From Nibricoccus sp. (GTDB lineage: Bacteria > Verrucomicrobiota > Verrucomicrobiia > Opitutales > Opitutaceae): a stretch of 64,000 bases of DNA. A program made the position numbers and the translations under genes. Positions 1-10,075 of the stretch are shown one piece after another (the first letter of the stretch is position 1; each line of letters begins with the position of its first letter). The notes beneath the pieces are model-generated. The model saw only the letters and a program-made list of their open reading frames with translations. It ran no database searches and was not told the origin of the DNA. The DNA lies in NCBI GenBank assembly GCA_047602425.1, contig JASGHG010000001.1:4032001-4096000 (forward strand), read 5' to 3'.

Positions 1-2
1 TT

Positions 3-359
3 TGGTCGAAACCGTCGCTTTTGAAAAGCATGTTGATCGGTTGGGTAAACGGTTTGCTGCCGTGCGGCTTGAGCCTGATGGCGTTGCTGGCGCTCGTGAA
101 CACCGGTTCGACGATCGGCGTGGTCACTGGTGCATATGTTTTTGGACTGGCGACGCTGCCGGGTTTGCTGGCGCTGGGATTGCTTGGACAACAAATCGAC
201 GTTTCACGACGTCGCTGGCTTGTCCGGCTAGGCGGTGTGGCATTGGTTCTTTTCGGTACGCTCACGGTGCTCCGCGGCGTGCCGGTCGTGCACACGTGGA
301 TGCACGAGCACTTGATGCTTGGCGGTGGCGAAAGGTGTGGGACGGAGTATTGCCGCTAA
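3..359 (+). CDS. DsbD_2 / TauE-SafE-like membrane protein, 3' part (truncated by window start)
   Basis: GWVNGLLPCGL motif followed by hydrophobic helices; frame is open from position 3. Confidence 0.75.
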   Translation, partial: WSKPSLLKSMLIGWVNGLLPCGLSLMALLALVNTGSTIGVVTGAYVFGLATLPGLLALGLLGQQIDVSRRRWLVRLGGVALVLFGTLTVLRGVPVVHTWMHEHLMLGGGERCGTEYCR

Positions 360-3300
360 TCACTGCAAATTGAGAAACACGCGCGGGCCTTTGTTTTCGG
401 TGGTGGCGCCGGTGCTTTGTCCCAGGAAGAGGCGATCGGGCGAGATTTTGCCGACGTTGATCAAATAATCCCGCACATGCTCCGCACGCTGTACGCCGAG
501 GGCGCGGAGATCGTTGTCGTTCACCGGCATGGTTTCGGCGAGGCGCGCAGTCATCTCTTCAACCGGCAAACCGGTCGCTGCCGCAGCGGCCACGGCTTTC
601 TCATGTTCTTCGGCGCGGCGTTTATTTTCGCGATTGGCGGCCAATTTCTCGCGTTGGGCGCGGAAGGTGATCCAGTGATAGACGCGTTTAAAAAATCCAG
701 CTTTTGGCGGAGGAGGCGGTGCGGCGATGGCAGGCGGCTGGGGGAGGGGTGTGCCGAACTTTGTGCCAGGAGGAAATTTGGCATCGAAGAGCTTTTTGAT
801 CTCTGCGGCCCGCTCTTCGGGTGTGATGACGAGCTGTTCGGGGGGAGGAATGTTGGGATTGGCAGCGTGGCGCGCTTCCCAAATTTGTCGGCGCAGGTAG
901 TCGGCGAATTTTTGCGATTTCAACGCGTAGGCATCGGCCGCGACGTCGTAGCCGCCTTCCAGGCTGACGCTCAAACCGGGGCGATTGGTTAGCGCTTTTA
1001 TAAGTGTTTCCAGTTTGGGCTGTTCGGTCGCGAGGAGTTCGCTCGTTCCGGGAGCAAATTCCTGATAGGCCAGTTCCTCGCCGCCGCCGCCAAACATCGA
1101 GCCGATGAGCGAAAACGGCGAGACCGCGGCTTTGGTGAGTAAATTCACAATGACGCGCAGCACGACTTTGCCGATGCGGAAATTTGGATCGTCGAGGCTG
1201 CCCTGCACCGGCAGATCGATGACGATTTTTCCGTCGAGATCCTTGAGCAAGGCGATGCCGAGGCGTACCGGCAGGCTGGTGGCGTCCGGACTATTGGTTG
1301 CGGCGCCGAAAGTGAACTGGTGGAGAGTGACGAGGTTCGTCGCGTCGACCTTGGTGCCGTCGAGAAGGACTTTCGTGTCGACCTGCAATTTCCCTCGGGC
1401 CAGGTTGTAGCCGGCAAATTTGCCGGTGTACGGACTGATCGGCAGGAGGTCCATGTTCTTGAAATCGATCTTGAGGTCGACGAATTTGCGGGCGCCGAGG
1501 GGATCGAGTTTGCCGGAGATGGCGATGGGGCCGGCTCCATTGACAACGCCTTTTAAATCGACGTCGCCGCGGGTGAGATTTTCAGACGACAAGCCCGAAA
1601 TGGTGCCTCCGAACTGAGTCATGGCCATTTGCACGTTTGGTTCTATGGAGTGGTCTGAGTAACTAAAATCGCCGCCGGCAATCACGACCCGTCCAATATC
1701 GACTTTCGGCAGCGCGGCTGGAGGGGCGGTCGGGGCCGTCCCTGTTGTCGGAGGAACGGCGGTTTCCGACGGTTCGCCTGGTGCCAAGGAGGGCGTTTTG
1801 GCGATGGTGGTTAGGTTGATGGTTTTATCGGCGTTGACCAACACGCGCGCGTAGGGCGCGTTGACCTTGATCTCGTCAATCGAGGCGGCGAGTTGCGGCG
1901 AAGTGGTTGCCTTCAGGTTGGTGACGGTCAGGGAGGAGAATCCGGCGAGGTCCTCATTGTGCGCACTGTCCACGAGACCGAGTTTGTCGACCATGATATT
2001 ACCGGCAAAAGCCACCGCGGGTTGGCCACCGGGCAACGTTAGGTTCACGGTATTGGTTGTGGACACGGTGCCTTGGGTGATGCGTGCGTTGGCGAACTGC
2101 TCGATATACGGACTGAGCGGCAAGATCCCGAGCCCGGTGACTTCGGTGGTTAGTTCGGCGCCCAATTCCGGCTTCAGCGTGATTTTGCCGACGACATGAA
2201 CCGTGCCTTCCGGCGCCCATGAGAAGGAGAGGTCCAGCGGCATCGCGGCCGCCTCAGTGAGCGTGATATTTTTTAGGGAGAATTGCAGGCTGTTGAGCGC
2301 CAATTTCGCGGGGCGTGGGCTGGTATCGTCCGTGACGTCGACCGCGAAATCTTTTAGCGCGAACTCACCCACGCGTACGTCGGGCAGATTGGTTGGCAGA
2401 AGCGGCGCAGCCGTCGCGGGAGGGGGCGTCGGTTCTGGCACGGGCAGAGGATTCGATGCCGGCGTGGCGGCGGACCCGGATGTGGCCGAACCGTCCGGTT
2501 GCAGCATGCTGAGAAGATTGATCGAACCATCTTTTGCGCGGCGCACGGCGAGGTGGCCCTTGGCAAGCGCTACGCGAGCGACCGCGGCTTTGAGCGTGAT
2601 CGCGTCGGCTTGAATGCCATCGACGTCGAGCGAGGTCAGTTCCACAGCGGGTTGGGCGCCGGCGCGGTCGACGACAGTCAAATCGCGTAGTCGCACCTGG
2701 CCGTCGTTGAGCTTCATCGTGCGTTCATTGCCGAGCAGGCGAGCTTCGTAATGGCCGCTGAGCGAAAGTTTGCCATCGGTAAGATCGGCGCGCACACGAT
2801 CCTCGAAGTAGGGCGTGTATTTTTTTAGGATAAGATTCGCGATTTCGAACGAGCCTTTTGATTCGATCGGGTCGGCGGCGAGCGTGCCGGTCCAGGAAAA
2901 TTTTTCGCCAGCTTCCGTCACAGCTTCGAAATGATACGGCGCTCCGCGCGCACCCGCTGTGCGAAAACCATTCAGCGTAAAGGTGAGCGGTCCGACGACT
3001 GTGGCGAAAGGCTGGCGGCGCGAGCGGTCGCTGAAATCCAAGCGAGCCTGAGTGACGGCTAGGCGACCGACGCGGACGGGCCGGGGCGGTTTTGTCGATG
3101 GGGCGGTGGAGGGCGTTTTTGGAAGCGCGACAATTTTTGCGAGCAGATCGGAGAAGTTGAACGTGTTATCCGGATTGATCGCGACGGCCGCGTGAAAACC
3201 ATCGAGTTCGACGTCACCCACAACCCAGTCGCCCGCGACGGAGGCGAGGGCGCTGACGTTCACATAAAGCCGTTTCCAGCCCACAAAAGAAGCCTGCGCA

Positions 3301-3521
3301 TCTTTTTCCCGAATATCGAAGTCTTCCAGTGTCACGGAAAGCGCGAACGGATTCATGCGCACTTTCCCAAGGTGGACGATGCGACCGAGTTCGGCGGACA
3401 GACTCTTTTCCGCCTGAGCTTTGACGATCGGTGGGAGAACAAAAAACCCGACAACGGTGTAGAGCGTTAAAAAAGCCACGAAGGCGATCAGCCAGCCGCG
3501 AAAGCGTCGTGAGAGTTTCAT
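360..3521 (-). CDS. DUF748-repeat (AsmA-like) envelope protein
   Basis: 1053 aa; N-terminal TM segment, repeated beta-rich units, SPYTGKFAGY and LPVQGSLDDPNFRIG motifs. Confidence 0.85.
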   Translation of the reverse strand: MKLSRRFRGWLIAFVAFLTLYTVVGFFVLPPIVKAQAEKSLSAELGRIVHLGKVRMNPFALSVTLEDFDIREKDAQASFVGWKRLYVNVSALASVAGDWVVGDVELDGFHAAVAINPDNTFNFSDLLAKIVALPKTPSTAPSTKPPRPVRVGRLAVTQARLDFSDRSRRQPFATVVGPLTFTLNGFRTAGARGAPYHFEAVTEAGEKFSWTGTLAADPIESKGSFEIANLILKKYTPYFEDRVRADLTDGKLSLSGHYEARLLGNERTMKLNDGQVRLRDLTVVDRAGAQPAVELTSLDVDGIQADAITLKAAVARVALAKGHLAVRRAKDGSINLLSMLQPDGSATSGSAATPASNPLPVPEPTPPPATAAPLLPTNLPDVRVGEFALKDFAVDVTDDTSPRPAKLALNSLQFSLKNITLTEAAAMPLDLSFSWAPEGTVHVVGKITLKPELGAELTTEVTGLGILPLSPYIEQFANARITQGTVSTTNTVNLTLPGGQPAVAFAGNIMVDKLGLVDSAHNEDLAGFSSLTVTNLKATTSPQLAASIDEIKVNAPYARVLVNADKTINLTTIAKTPSLAPGEPSETAVPPTTGTAPTAPPAALPKVDIGRVVIAGGDFSYSDHSIEPNVQMAMTQFGGTISGLSSENLTRGDVDLKGVVNGAGPIAISGKLDPLGARKFVDLKIDFKNMDLLPISPYTGKFAGYNLARGKLQVDTKVLLDGTKVDATNLVTLHQFTFGAATNSPDATSLPVRLGIALLKDLDGKIVIDLPVQGSLDDPNFRIGKVVLRVIVNLLTKAAVSPFSLIGSMFGGGGEELAYQEFAPGTSELLATEQPKLETLIKALTNRPGLSVSLEGGYDVAADAYALKSQKFADYLRRQIWEARHAANPNIPPPEQLVITPEERAAEIKKLFDAKFPPGTKFGTPLPQPPAIAAPPPPPKAGFFKRVYHWITFRAQREKLAANRENKRRAEEHEKAVAAAAATGLPVEEMTARLAETMPVNDNDLRALGVQRAEHVRDYLINVGKISPDRLFLGQSTGATTENKGPRVFLNLQ

Positions 3522-3822
3522 ATCTCATAGTATGTCTCCCATGCACCAAGGCAATGCCTTAGCTTTAGTTTGGGTTGCACTGCATTTTGAGAAGAAGCCA
3601 CGACTTGTTTCCGGCAAAATTTATTCTCGGGTTTGCGGGATCGCATTCGGACAAAGATCGGCCGATTCGTTCTTAGACTTGCACCGCGTTTTCTTGAACT
3701 ACAACGTTGCGCTTTGTGCGTAACGAAAACCCATTCCCAGCCGTATCCACAAAACGGATATCCTCAGCCCTCCGGCAGGCATCGAACCTGAAAATTTTTC
3801 GCCGTTAACACCTTTCAATTTT

Positions 3823-5370
3823 ATGGAAAAGCTCGCCCTTCTCTCCGTCAGTGACAAAGCCGGCCTGGTCGAATTCGCGACCGCCCTCGTCAAACGTTTT
3901 GGCTACCGCATCCTCTCGACCGGCGGCACTGCCAAGCTCCTCGCGGAAAAAGGCCTGCCCGTCACCGAGGTGAGCCAGCACACCGGTTTCCCGGAGATGA
4001 TGGAAGGGCGCGTGAAGACGCTTCACCCGAAAATCCACGGCGGTCTCCTCTGTCGTCGCGACAAAGCCGATCATCTCGCTGCCGCCAAAGAGCACGGCAT
4101 CGCGTTGATCGATCTCGTCGTGGTGAATCTTTATCCGTTCGAGCAAACTGTCGCCAAGCCCAACGTCCATTTTGAGGAAGCCATTGAGAACATCGATATC
4201 GGCGGCCCGTCGATGCTGCGCAGCGCGGCGAAAAATCATGAGAGCGTAACCGTCGTATGCGATCCGTCCGACTACAACAACGTGCTCGCGGCCTTCGAAA
4301 AACCTGAACAACTCCCCGCGCTCCGCCGCAAGCTCGCGCTGAAAGTCTTCCAGCGCACCGGTAGCTACGACACCGCCATCGCGAAGTACCTTGAGACGCA
4401 GCAGGCCGAGCCCGATCTCGCCGCGCTCTCCGGTTTTCCCGAAACATTTGCCGCCTCCTACAAGAAAGCGCAGTCGCTCCGCTACGGCGAGAATCCGCAC
4501 CAAAAGGCCGCGCTCTACGGCACGTTCCACGATCATTTCCAACAGCTCCAGGGCAAGGAGCTCAGTTATAACAACATTCTCGATATCACCTCGGCCACGT
4601 ACCTGATCGGCGAATTCGAGAAGCCCACGCTCGCGATCCTCAAGCACACGAATCCCTGCGGCGTAGCCTCGGCCGACACGCTCGAAGCCGCTTGGGACAA
4701 AGCTTACGCGACGGATCGCCAGGCCCCGTTCGGCGGCATCATCATCGTCAACCGCACACTCGACGCCGGTCTCGCGAAAACCATTTCGGAAATCTTTACC
4801 GAAGTCATCATCGCCCCGCGTTTCAGCGACGAGGCGCTCGCGATTTTTGCGAAGAAGAAAAACTTGCGCCTGATGATTGCCAAGGCCGGACCCGGCGCCG
4901 ACTCACTGCTCGACGTCCGCTCCGTTGTCGGTGGCGTATTGGTTCAGGATCGCAACAACATTCTGGGCAAGCGCGCTGACTTCAAAGTCGTGACCAAACG
5001 TCAGCCTACGGAAGAAGAGTGGGCCTCGATGATGTTCGGCTGGCGCGTCTGCAAGCACGTCAAATCAAACGCCATCGTCTACTGCCGCGGCGAACAAACG
5101 CTTGGCGTCGGTGCCGGCCAGATGGCGCGTGTCGACAGCTCGCGTATCGCGGTGTGGAAAGCTGGCGAGGCCAAACTCGATCTCAAGGGCTCGGTCGTCG
5201 TCAGCGAAGCGCTTTTCCCGTTTGCCGATGGCCTCATTGCCGCCGCCGATGCTGGTGCGACGTCCGCGATTCAACCGGGTGGTTCCGTCCGCGACGAAGA
5301 AGTCATCAAGGCGGCCGACGAACGCGGCATGGCGATGGTCTTCACCGGCATTCGTCACTTCAAACACTGA
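3823..5370 (+). CDS. purH: Bifunctional AICAR transformylase/IMP cyclohydrolase
   Basis: [39 protein letters not shown] and RHFKH motifs. Confidence 0.98.
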   Translation: MEKLALLSVSDKAGLVEFATALVKRFGYRILSTGGTAKLLAEKGLPVTEVSQHTGFPEMMEGRVKTLHPKIHGGLLCRRDKADHLAAAKEHGIALIDLVVVNLYPFEQTVAKPNVHFEEAIENIDIGGPSMLRSAAKNHESVTVVCDPSDYNNVLAAFEKPEQLPALRRKLALKVFQRTGSYDTAIAKYLETQQAEPDLAALSGFPETFAASYKKAQSLRYGENPHQKAALYGTFHDHFQQLQGKELSYNNILDITSATYLIGEFEKPTLAILKHTNPCGVASADTLEAAWDKAYATDRQAPFGGIIIVNRTLDAGLAKTISEIFTEVIIAPRFSDEALAIFAKKKNLRLMIAKAGPGADSLLDVRSVVGGVLVQDRNNILGKRADFKVVTKRQPTEEEWASMMFGWRVCKHVKSNAIVYCRGEQTLGVGAGQMARVDSSRIAVWKAGEAKLDLKGSVVVSEALFPFADGLIAAADAGATSAIQPGGSVRDEEVIKAADERGMAMVFTGIRHFKH

Positions 5371-5507
5371 GATTTTGCAAAAACTACAGCACAATTCACC
5401 TCCTCCATCCAAAAACGATACGGGTATCCCCATAGCCGCCTGACTCTTGTGAATTTCACGTTAGGGTCTTGACAGGGTCGGGGCCGGTCGGTGTTTTGGA
5501 CAGCTTT

Positions 5508-5633
5508 ATGAAAGTCGTCTCCTCCATCAAATCCGCCAAGAAGCGTCACCCTGCATGCCAGGTTGTCCGCCGTCGTGGCAAAATCTACGTGATCAACAAG
5601 GTTGAGCCCCGCTATAAAGCGCGTCAGGGCTAA
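5508..5633 (+). CDS. rpmJ: 50S ribosomal protein L36, type B (Zn-independent, YkgO-like)
   Basis: Hand translation [41 protein letters not shown]; too short for the ORF track. Confidence 0.97.
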   Translation: MKVVSSIKSAKKRHPACQVVRRRGKIYVINKVEPRYKARQG

Positions 5634-5656
5634 GCCACCAACCCATTCTATCCGCC

Positions 5657-5911
5657 GTGAAAGCCGAAGGTCATCCCACTCTCAATAACGTTTGCTTCCT
5701 CGATGTCGGTACGGGCAAGCGTTTCCTCACCACCTCCACCATGAAGTCGGCTCGTAAAGAGCAGATCGATGGCAAGGAGTACTTTGTTGTCATCCGCGAC
5801 GTCACGATGGACTCGCATCCCGCCTACACCGGCGAGAAGCGCCTCGTCGACACCGCCGGCCGCGTCGAGAAGTTCACCTCGAAGTTCAAGCGCGGTCAGA
5901 AAGCCAAGTAA
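5657..5911 (+). CDS. rpmE2: 50S ribosomal protein L31, type B
   Basis: MKAEGHP...DSHPAYTG...DTAGRVEKF; no CxxC motif. Confidence 0.95.
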   Translation: MKAEGHPTLNNVCFLDVGTGKRFLTTSTMKSARKEQIDGKEYFVVIRDVTMDSHPAYTGEKRLVDTAGRVEKFTSKFKRGQKAK

Positions 5912-5939
5912 GGCGTTCGCTGACCGACACTCACTTTGC

Positions 5940-5970
5940 AAAAGCCCTCCGGAGACGGAGGGCTTTTTTT
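5940..5970 (+). terminator. Rho-independent terminator, probably bidirectional
   Basis: AAAAGCCCTCC-GGAGAC-GGAGGGCTTTTTTT. Confidence 0.85.
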
Positions 5971-6022
5971 ATTGGCATCTGCGGAGAGGTTCGGTGCGAT
6001 TGGTTCGATCCGCGTCGAACGA

Positions 6023-7093
6023 TTAAATATGGCCGGGAGCTTCGAGCAGAATGCGTTCAAGGAAATGCTCGTACTCGTTTTTCCCCAGCCTGCGCAATCC
6101 CGGGATCACCACGACGGGATTCTCGGTCAGTCCGGTCAGGAGGCGATGTGCGCCGAGAAACGCTTCCGGTCCATTATTAGCCGGACCCGAACCAAAAACG
6201 GTGGCGGCCGAAGGATCGGGTGAGTCTGAAGCTTCCACAATGGGCGTGTCCGCGCCGTCGTACATGGCGACCTTTTGCCGCTCCTTGGTGTCGGCAAGAA
6301 TCTTTTTGATCACAGAGGGATCGGCCTTGAAACCATTGCGGGTTAAAATGGCGTCGACGGTTTGGGCCTTGGGGCGCTCACCGAGCATGCAGAGAGCTTC
6401 CAGCGCCTCGAGGGGATTCATGATCGGACGCTTCACGTACAAGGCGTACAGTCGATTGAGATCTTGAAGCTGAATTTCGAATCCGACTTGGCGGCGAAAT
6501 TCGAAATCTTTTTTTGCCGCACCGATTTTCTTTATGCGTTCCAGCGCGGTGGGCGAGGGCATGGCGCAAAGGCTGATACCCGAGGCCTGCATGAGGCTCG
6601 TATGATAAAGTTCGCGCTCGATGATGATGGATTTGCGCTTGAAATTATATTGCGCGAATTCGCGCGAACCGCTTTTCGCCAGACCTTGGGCGGGACCAAT
6701 CGTGTTTTTGAAGGCAATGGGAACCTGCACGTTGATCGCGCCATAGTTGCAGAAAAAATCATGCCCCTTTGTTTCCATCCAATCGCGGTATCGTTTTTTC
6801 TTCAGGAGCGCGTCAGCCAGATCGAATTCGGCTTTTTCGTAAGCGACGACGAGCACGTCGAGGTAGCTGACCGTGCGCTTTTCCTGCGTGGAATTCCAAA
6901 AGTTCCGCGCCGCCAATTCGTAGATTTTCGTGCGATCTCTGATCGTCTTGACGGTCACTGAGTCCAAGAGGATCGGCTCGTGATCCAAATTGAGCATCGC
7001 CGGCTCGGTAGCTTCGGCGCGGACGAATCGAAAGATGAATAACTGAAGCAATCCGAGAACAATTCCAGCGGAGAACGTTGCGCGACGTTTCAT
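6023..7093 (-). CDS. Hypothetical secreted protein (~356 aa)
   Basis: Start MKRRATFSAGIVLGLLQLFIFRFVRA reads as a signal peptide; the upstream part of the track ORF is the antisense shadow of the next gene. Confidence 0.6.
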   Translation of the reverse strand: MKRRATFSAGIVLGLLQLFIFRFVRAEATEPAMLNLDHEPILLDSVTVKTIRDRTKIYELAARNFWNSTQEKRTVSYLDVLVVAYEKAEFDLADALLKKKRYRDWMETKGHDFFCNYGAINVQVPIAFKNTIGPAQGLAKSGSREFAQYNFKRKSIIIERELYHTSLMQASGISLCAMPSPTALERIKKIGAAKKDFEFRRQVGFEIQLQDLNRLYALYVKRPIMNPLEALEALCMLGERPKAQTVDAILTRNGFKADPSVIKKILADTKERQKVAMYDGADTPIVEASDSPDPSAATVFGSGPANNGPEAFLGAHRLLTGLTENPVVVIPGLRRLGKNEYEHFLERILLEAPGHI

Positions 7094-7219
7094 ATCGGAG
7101 ATCAAAGGGGTGGAGCCCGAATCGTTCCTGCAAATTGAGGGTTGGTCAACGGGAGAGTCGCAGCCAATCGCAGCAGGTGGCTTGACGCGAAGGAAGGTCG
7201 CCGCCTCCATTTCCTCTTT

Positions 7220-8434
7220 ATGCGTATACGTGCTTTTCAAGGTCTCGTTCCTCAACCTGCCGCCGCGGCTGAAGTCGCCTGCGTGCCTTACGACGTGGTC
7301 AACACCGTCGAGGTCGCCGCACTCGCCGCGGGAAAACCGCGCAGCCTCCTCCATGTCGACCGCGCCGAGATCGATCTCCCCGCGAAAACCGATCCGTACA
7401 GCGATATCGTCTATCAAACCGCCAACGCCAATTTCAAGAAACTCCAGTCCGACGGCGTGCTCTTCCGCGAAGCCGGTCCGAGTCTCTATGTTTATCAACA
7501 GCAGATGGGCCAGCACGTGCAGCGCGGTCTTGTCGCCGTCTGCAACGTAGAGGACTACGATGCCGAACTAATCAAGAAGCACGAAAAAACCCGCAAAGAC
7601 AAAGAAGACGACCGCACGCGTCTCATCGACACGCTCGGCGCGAACACAGGCCCGGTTTTCCTAACCTATCGCGACGAAGCGGCTGTCACTGCGCTCGTGA
7701 ATGCGAAGACGCAGGAAAAGCCGCTGCACGATTTCACCGCGCCCGATGGAATCAAGCATACCGTCTGGCGCGTTGCCGGCGGCGAAGAGTGGATCAAAGC
7801 TTTCGGTAAAGTGCCCGTGACCTACATCGCCGACGGTCATCACCGTGCGGCCAGCGCAGCCCGTGTTGCCCGTCTCCGTCGCGAGCGCAACCCGAAACAC
7901 ACCGGCCAGGAAGATTACAATTGGTTCCTGTGTGTGCTCTTTCCCGCCAGCGAACTCAAAATCCTTCCGTACAACCGCATCGTTTTTGACCTCAACGGTC
8001 ACACGCCCTCTGCCTTTCTCGCTAAAGTGAAGGAGAAATTCGGCCTGACCGAAAACGCCGCCCCTTCGCCCACGGCGATCGGCGACGTGAGCATGTACCT
8101 CGGCGGAAAATGGTATGGCCTGAAATGCCGTGCCGCTGCCAACGCCGATCCGGTCAGCAAACTCGACGTAAGCGTGCTGCAGGACCAACTCCTAGCGCCG
8201 CTGCTCGGCATCGATGATCCGCGCACCAGCAAGCGGATCGATTTTGTCGGCGGCATTCGCGGCACGGGCGAATTAACCAAACGTGTCGACGCCGACGGCG
8301 GCGTGGCGTTCTCCATGTATCCAACGACCGTCGCGCAACTCATGGAAATCGCGGACGCCGGCCAGATCATGCCGCCGAAGAGCACCTGGTTTGAGCCGAA
8401 GTTGCGGTCCGGGTTTTTCATTCACACTTTCTGA
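7220..8434 (+). CDS. DUF1015 family protein
   Basis: PYDV, IKKHEKT, YIADGHHR and MPPKSTWFEPKLRSG motifs. Confidence 0.92.
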   Translation: MRIRAFQGLVPQPAAAAEVACVPYDVVNTVEVAALAAGKPRSLLHVDRAEIDLPAKTDPYSDIVYQTANANFKKLQSDGVLFREAGPSLYVYQQQMGQHVQRGLVAVCNVEDYDAELIKKHEKTRKDKEDDRTRLIDTLGANTGPVFLTYRDEAAVTALVNAKTQEKPLHDFTAPDGIKHTVWRVAGGEEWIKAFGKVPVTYIADGHHRAASAARVARLRRERNPKHTGQEDYNWFLCVLFPASELKILPYNRIVFDLNGHTPSAFLAKVKEKFGLTENAAPSPTAIGDVSMYLGGKWYGLKCRAAANADPVSKLDVSVLQDQLLAPLLGIDDPRTSKRIDFVGGIRGTGELTKRVDADGGVAFSMYPTTVAQLMEIADAGQIMPPKSTWFEPKLRSGFFIHTF

Positions 8435-8461
8435 ACCGGTGTGAGTTGGTTGTAGTTTCGG

Positions 8462-8490
8462 ACCCGGGCTTTCAAAGGCCCGGGTTTTTT
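8462..8490 (+). terminator. Rho-independent terminator
   Basis: ACCCGGGC-TTTCAAAG-GCCCGGGT followed by a T run. Confidence 0.75.
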
Positions 8491-8531
8491 GCTGAGGATG
8501 GCTTGCGATGTGCCGTGGTTAGCCTTCGCTG

Positions 8532-9983
8532 GTGGATATGGATGCAACCAGGTTTCCACTTCCTTTGCCAAGCTACGGCGACGCTGCTCAGACCGGTTTG
8601 CTGGACCTGCTCGTCAATCGCATCAAAACCGAGCCGCTCAATCTCGTGGCCACGGGAATTTTTCTCGGGGCGATTGTGCACACATTTCTGACCGCGAAGT
8701 TTCGTCACTGGGCGCACGAGGTGGAGGAGAAACATTGCGCGCGCCTGAAACAGCAGGGAAAGACGATTGACAACAACATTGATGGCCGGCCCGACGAAGT
8801 GAGCTTCAAGGGGCAGGTGTTGCATTTTCTGGGCGAGGTCGAGGCCGTCTTTGGCATTTGGGCCGCCATTCTTCTCGTCGTGATCGCGGTATTAAAAGGC
8901 TGGGGGACGATGCTCGACTACATCGGGCATCAGGTGAATTTCACCGAGCCAATGTTTGTCGTTGTAATCATGGCCCTGGCCTCGACGCGCCCGGTGCTGC
9001 AATTCGCCGAACGTTGTCTGAGTGCCGTGGCGGGGATCGGGCATGGGTCGGTCGGCGCTTGGTGGCTCACGCTGCTGATTTTAGCTCCGTTGCTCGGTTC
9101 GTTTATCACGGAGCCGGCGGCGATGACGATTGCCGCGTTGTTGCTCGCGCGGATGTTTTACGCGCTCAAACCGTCGCCACGTCTCGCGTATGCGACGCTC
9201 GGGCTGCTCTTCGTGAATGTCTCTGTGGGCGGAACTTTGACGCACTTTGCTGCGCCTCCGGTCCTGATGGTGGCGGCGACGTGGAACTGGAATACACTTT
9301 TCATGCTGACACATTTTGGCTGGCGCGCCGTGCTGGGCATCATTGTCGCGACTTTGCTGGTTTATATTTTTGTTCGACGAGAACTCGTTGAATTGGAAAC
9401 ACGCCGCGTGAATGCGAAAGAGGTTGAAAAGACTTCCGTTCAAGGACGGCGTGCCGCTCCTGCCTGGGTGACTGCTGTTCAATTGGGTTTCATGGTTTGG
9501 ACTGTGGTCGTCGCGCACTACCCGGCGCTGTTTGTCGGTGGGTTCTTGTTTTACCTGGCTTTCGCCCAAGCTACCGCACACCACCAGGACGCCCTGGACT
9601 TGAGGCCTTCGTTGCTGGTCGGTTTTTTTCTGGCAGGACTGGTTGTGCACGGCGGCCTGCAGGGCTGGTGGATCGAGCCGGTGCTCTCTCGATTGGGCGA
9701 CACACCGCTGTTTCTGGGTGCCACCGGCTTGACGGCTTTCAACGACAATGCGGCGATTACTTATCTCTCGACGCTGGTTCCGGATTTTTCCGATTCGGCA
9801 AAATATGCCGTGGTGGCAGGCGCGGTAACCGGAGGCGGCCTGACAGTGATTGCCAATGCGCCAAATCCCGCCGGCCAGTCGATTTTGCAACGTTACTTTC
9901 CTGATGGAGTTTCGCCGTTGGGCTTGTTTCTCGGTGCGTCAATTCCCACAACCGTTTTGGCGCTGGTATTTCTATTTGTCTGA
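8532..9983 (+). CDS. Putative Na+/H+ antiporter (DUF1504 family)
   Basis: Polytopic membrane protein with HFLGEVEAVFG, GSFITEPAAMT and GGGLTVIANAPNPAG. Confidence 0.85.
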   Translation: MDMDATRFPLPLPSYGDAAQTGLLDLLVNRIKTEPLNLVATGIFLGAIVHTFLTAKFRHWAHEVEEKHCARLKQQGKTIDNNIDGRPDEVSFKGQVLHFLGEVEAVFGIWAAILLVVIAVLKGWGTMLDYIGHQVNFTEPMFVVVIMALASTRPVLQFAERCLSAVAGIGHGSVGAWWLTLLILAPLLGSFITEPAAMTIAALLLARMFYALKPSPRLAYATLGLLFVNVSVGGTLTHFAAPPVLMVAATWNWNTLFMLTHFGWRAVLGIIVATLLVYIFVRRELVELETRRVNAKEVEKTSVQGRRAAPAWVTAVQLGFMVWTVVVAHYPALFVGGFLFYLAFAQATAHHQDALDLRPSLLVGFFLAGLVVHGGLQGWWIEPVLSRLGDTPLFLGATGLTAFNDNAAITYLSTLVPDFSDSAKYAVVAGAVTGGGLTVIANAPNPAGQSILQRYFPDGVSPLGLFLGASIPTTVLALVFLFV

Positions 9984-10075
9984 AGGCGGCGTGCGCCGTG
10001 CTTGGGATTGATCTTCGGACGGTTCGGTGCATGGTTTGCGGCTCCGGCGCAGTCACAACCCTGAATCACATCGCT

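Noticed and set aside
3680..3822. ZTP (pfl) riboswitch upstream of purH
   Set aside because: The context fits, but I could not find the conserved GACUGGCG / CGCCUGGGC-type elements
8489..8531. Frameshifted signal peptide for the DUF1504 antiporter
   Set aside because: The upstream frame is only weakly hydrophobic and overlaps a terminator; evidence is insufficient without homologue alignment
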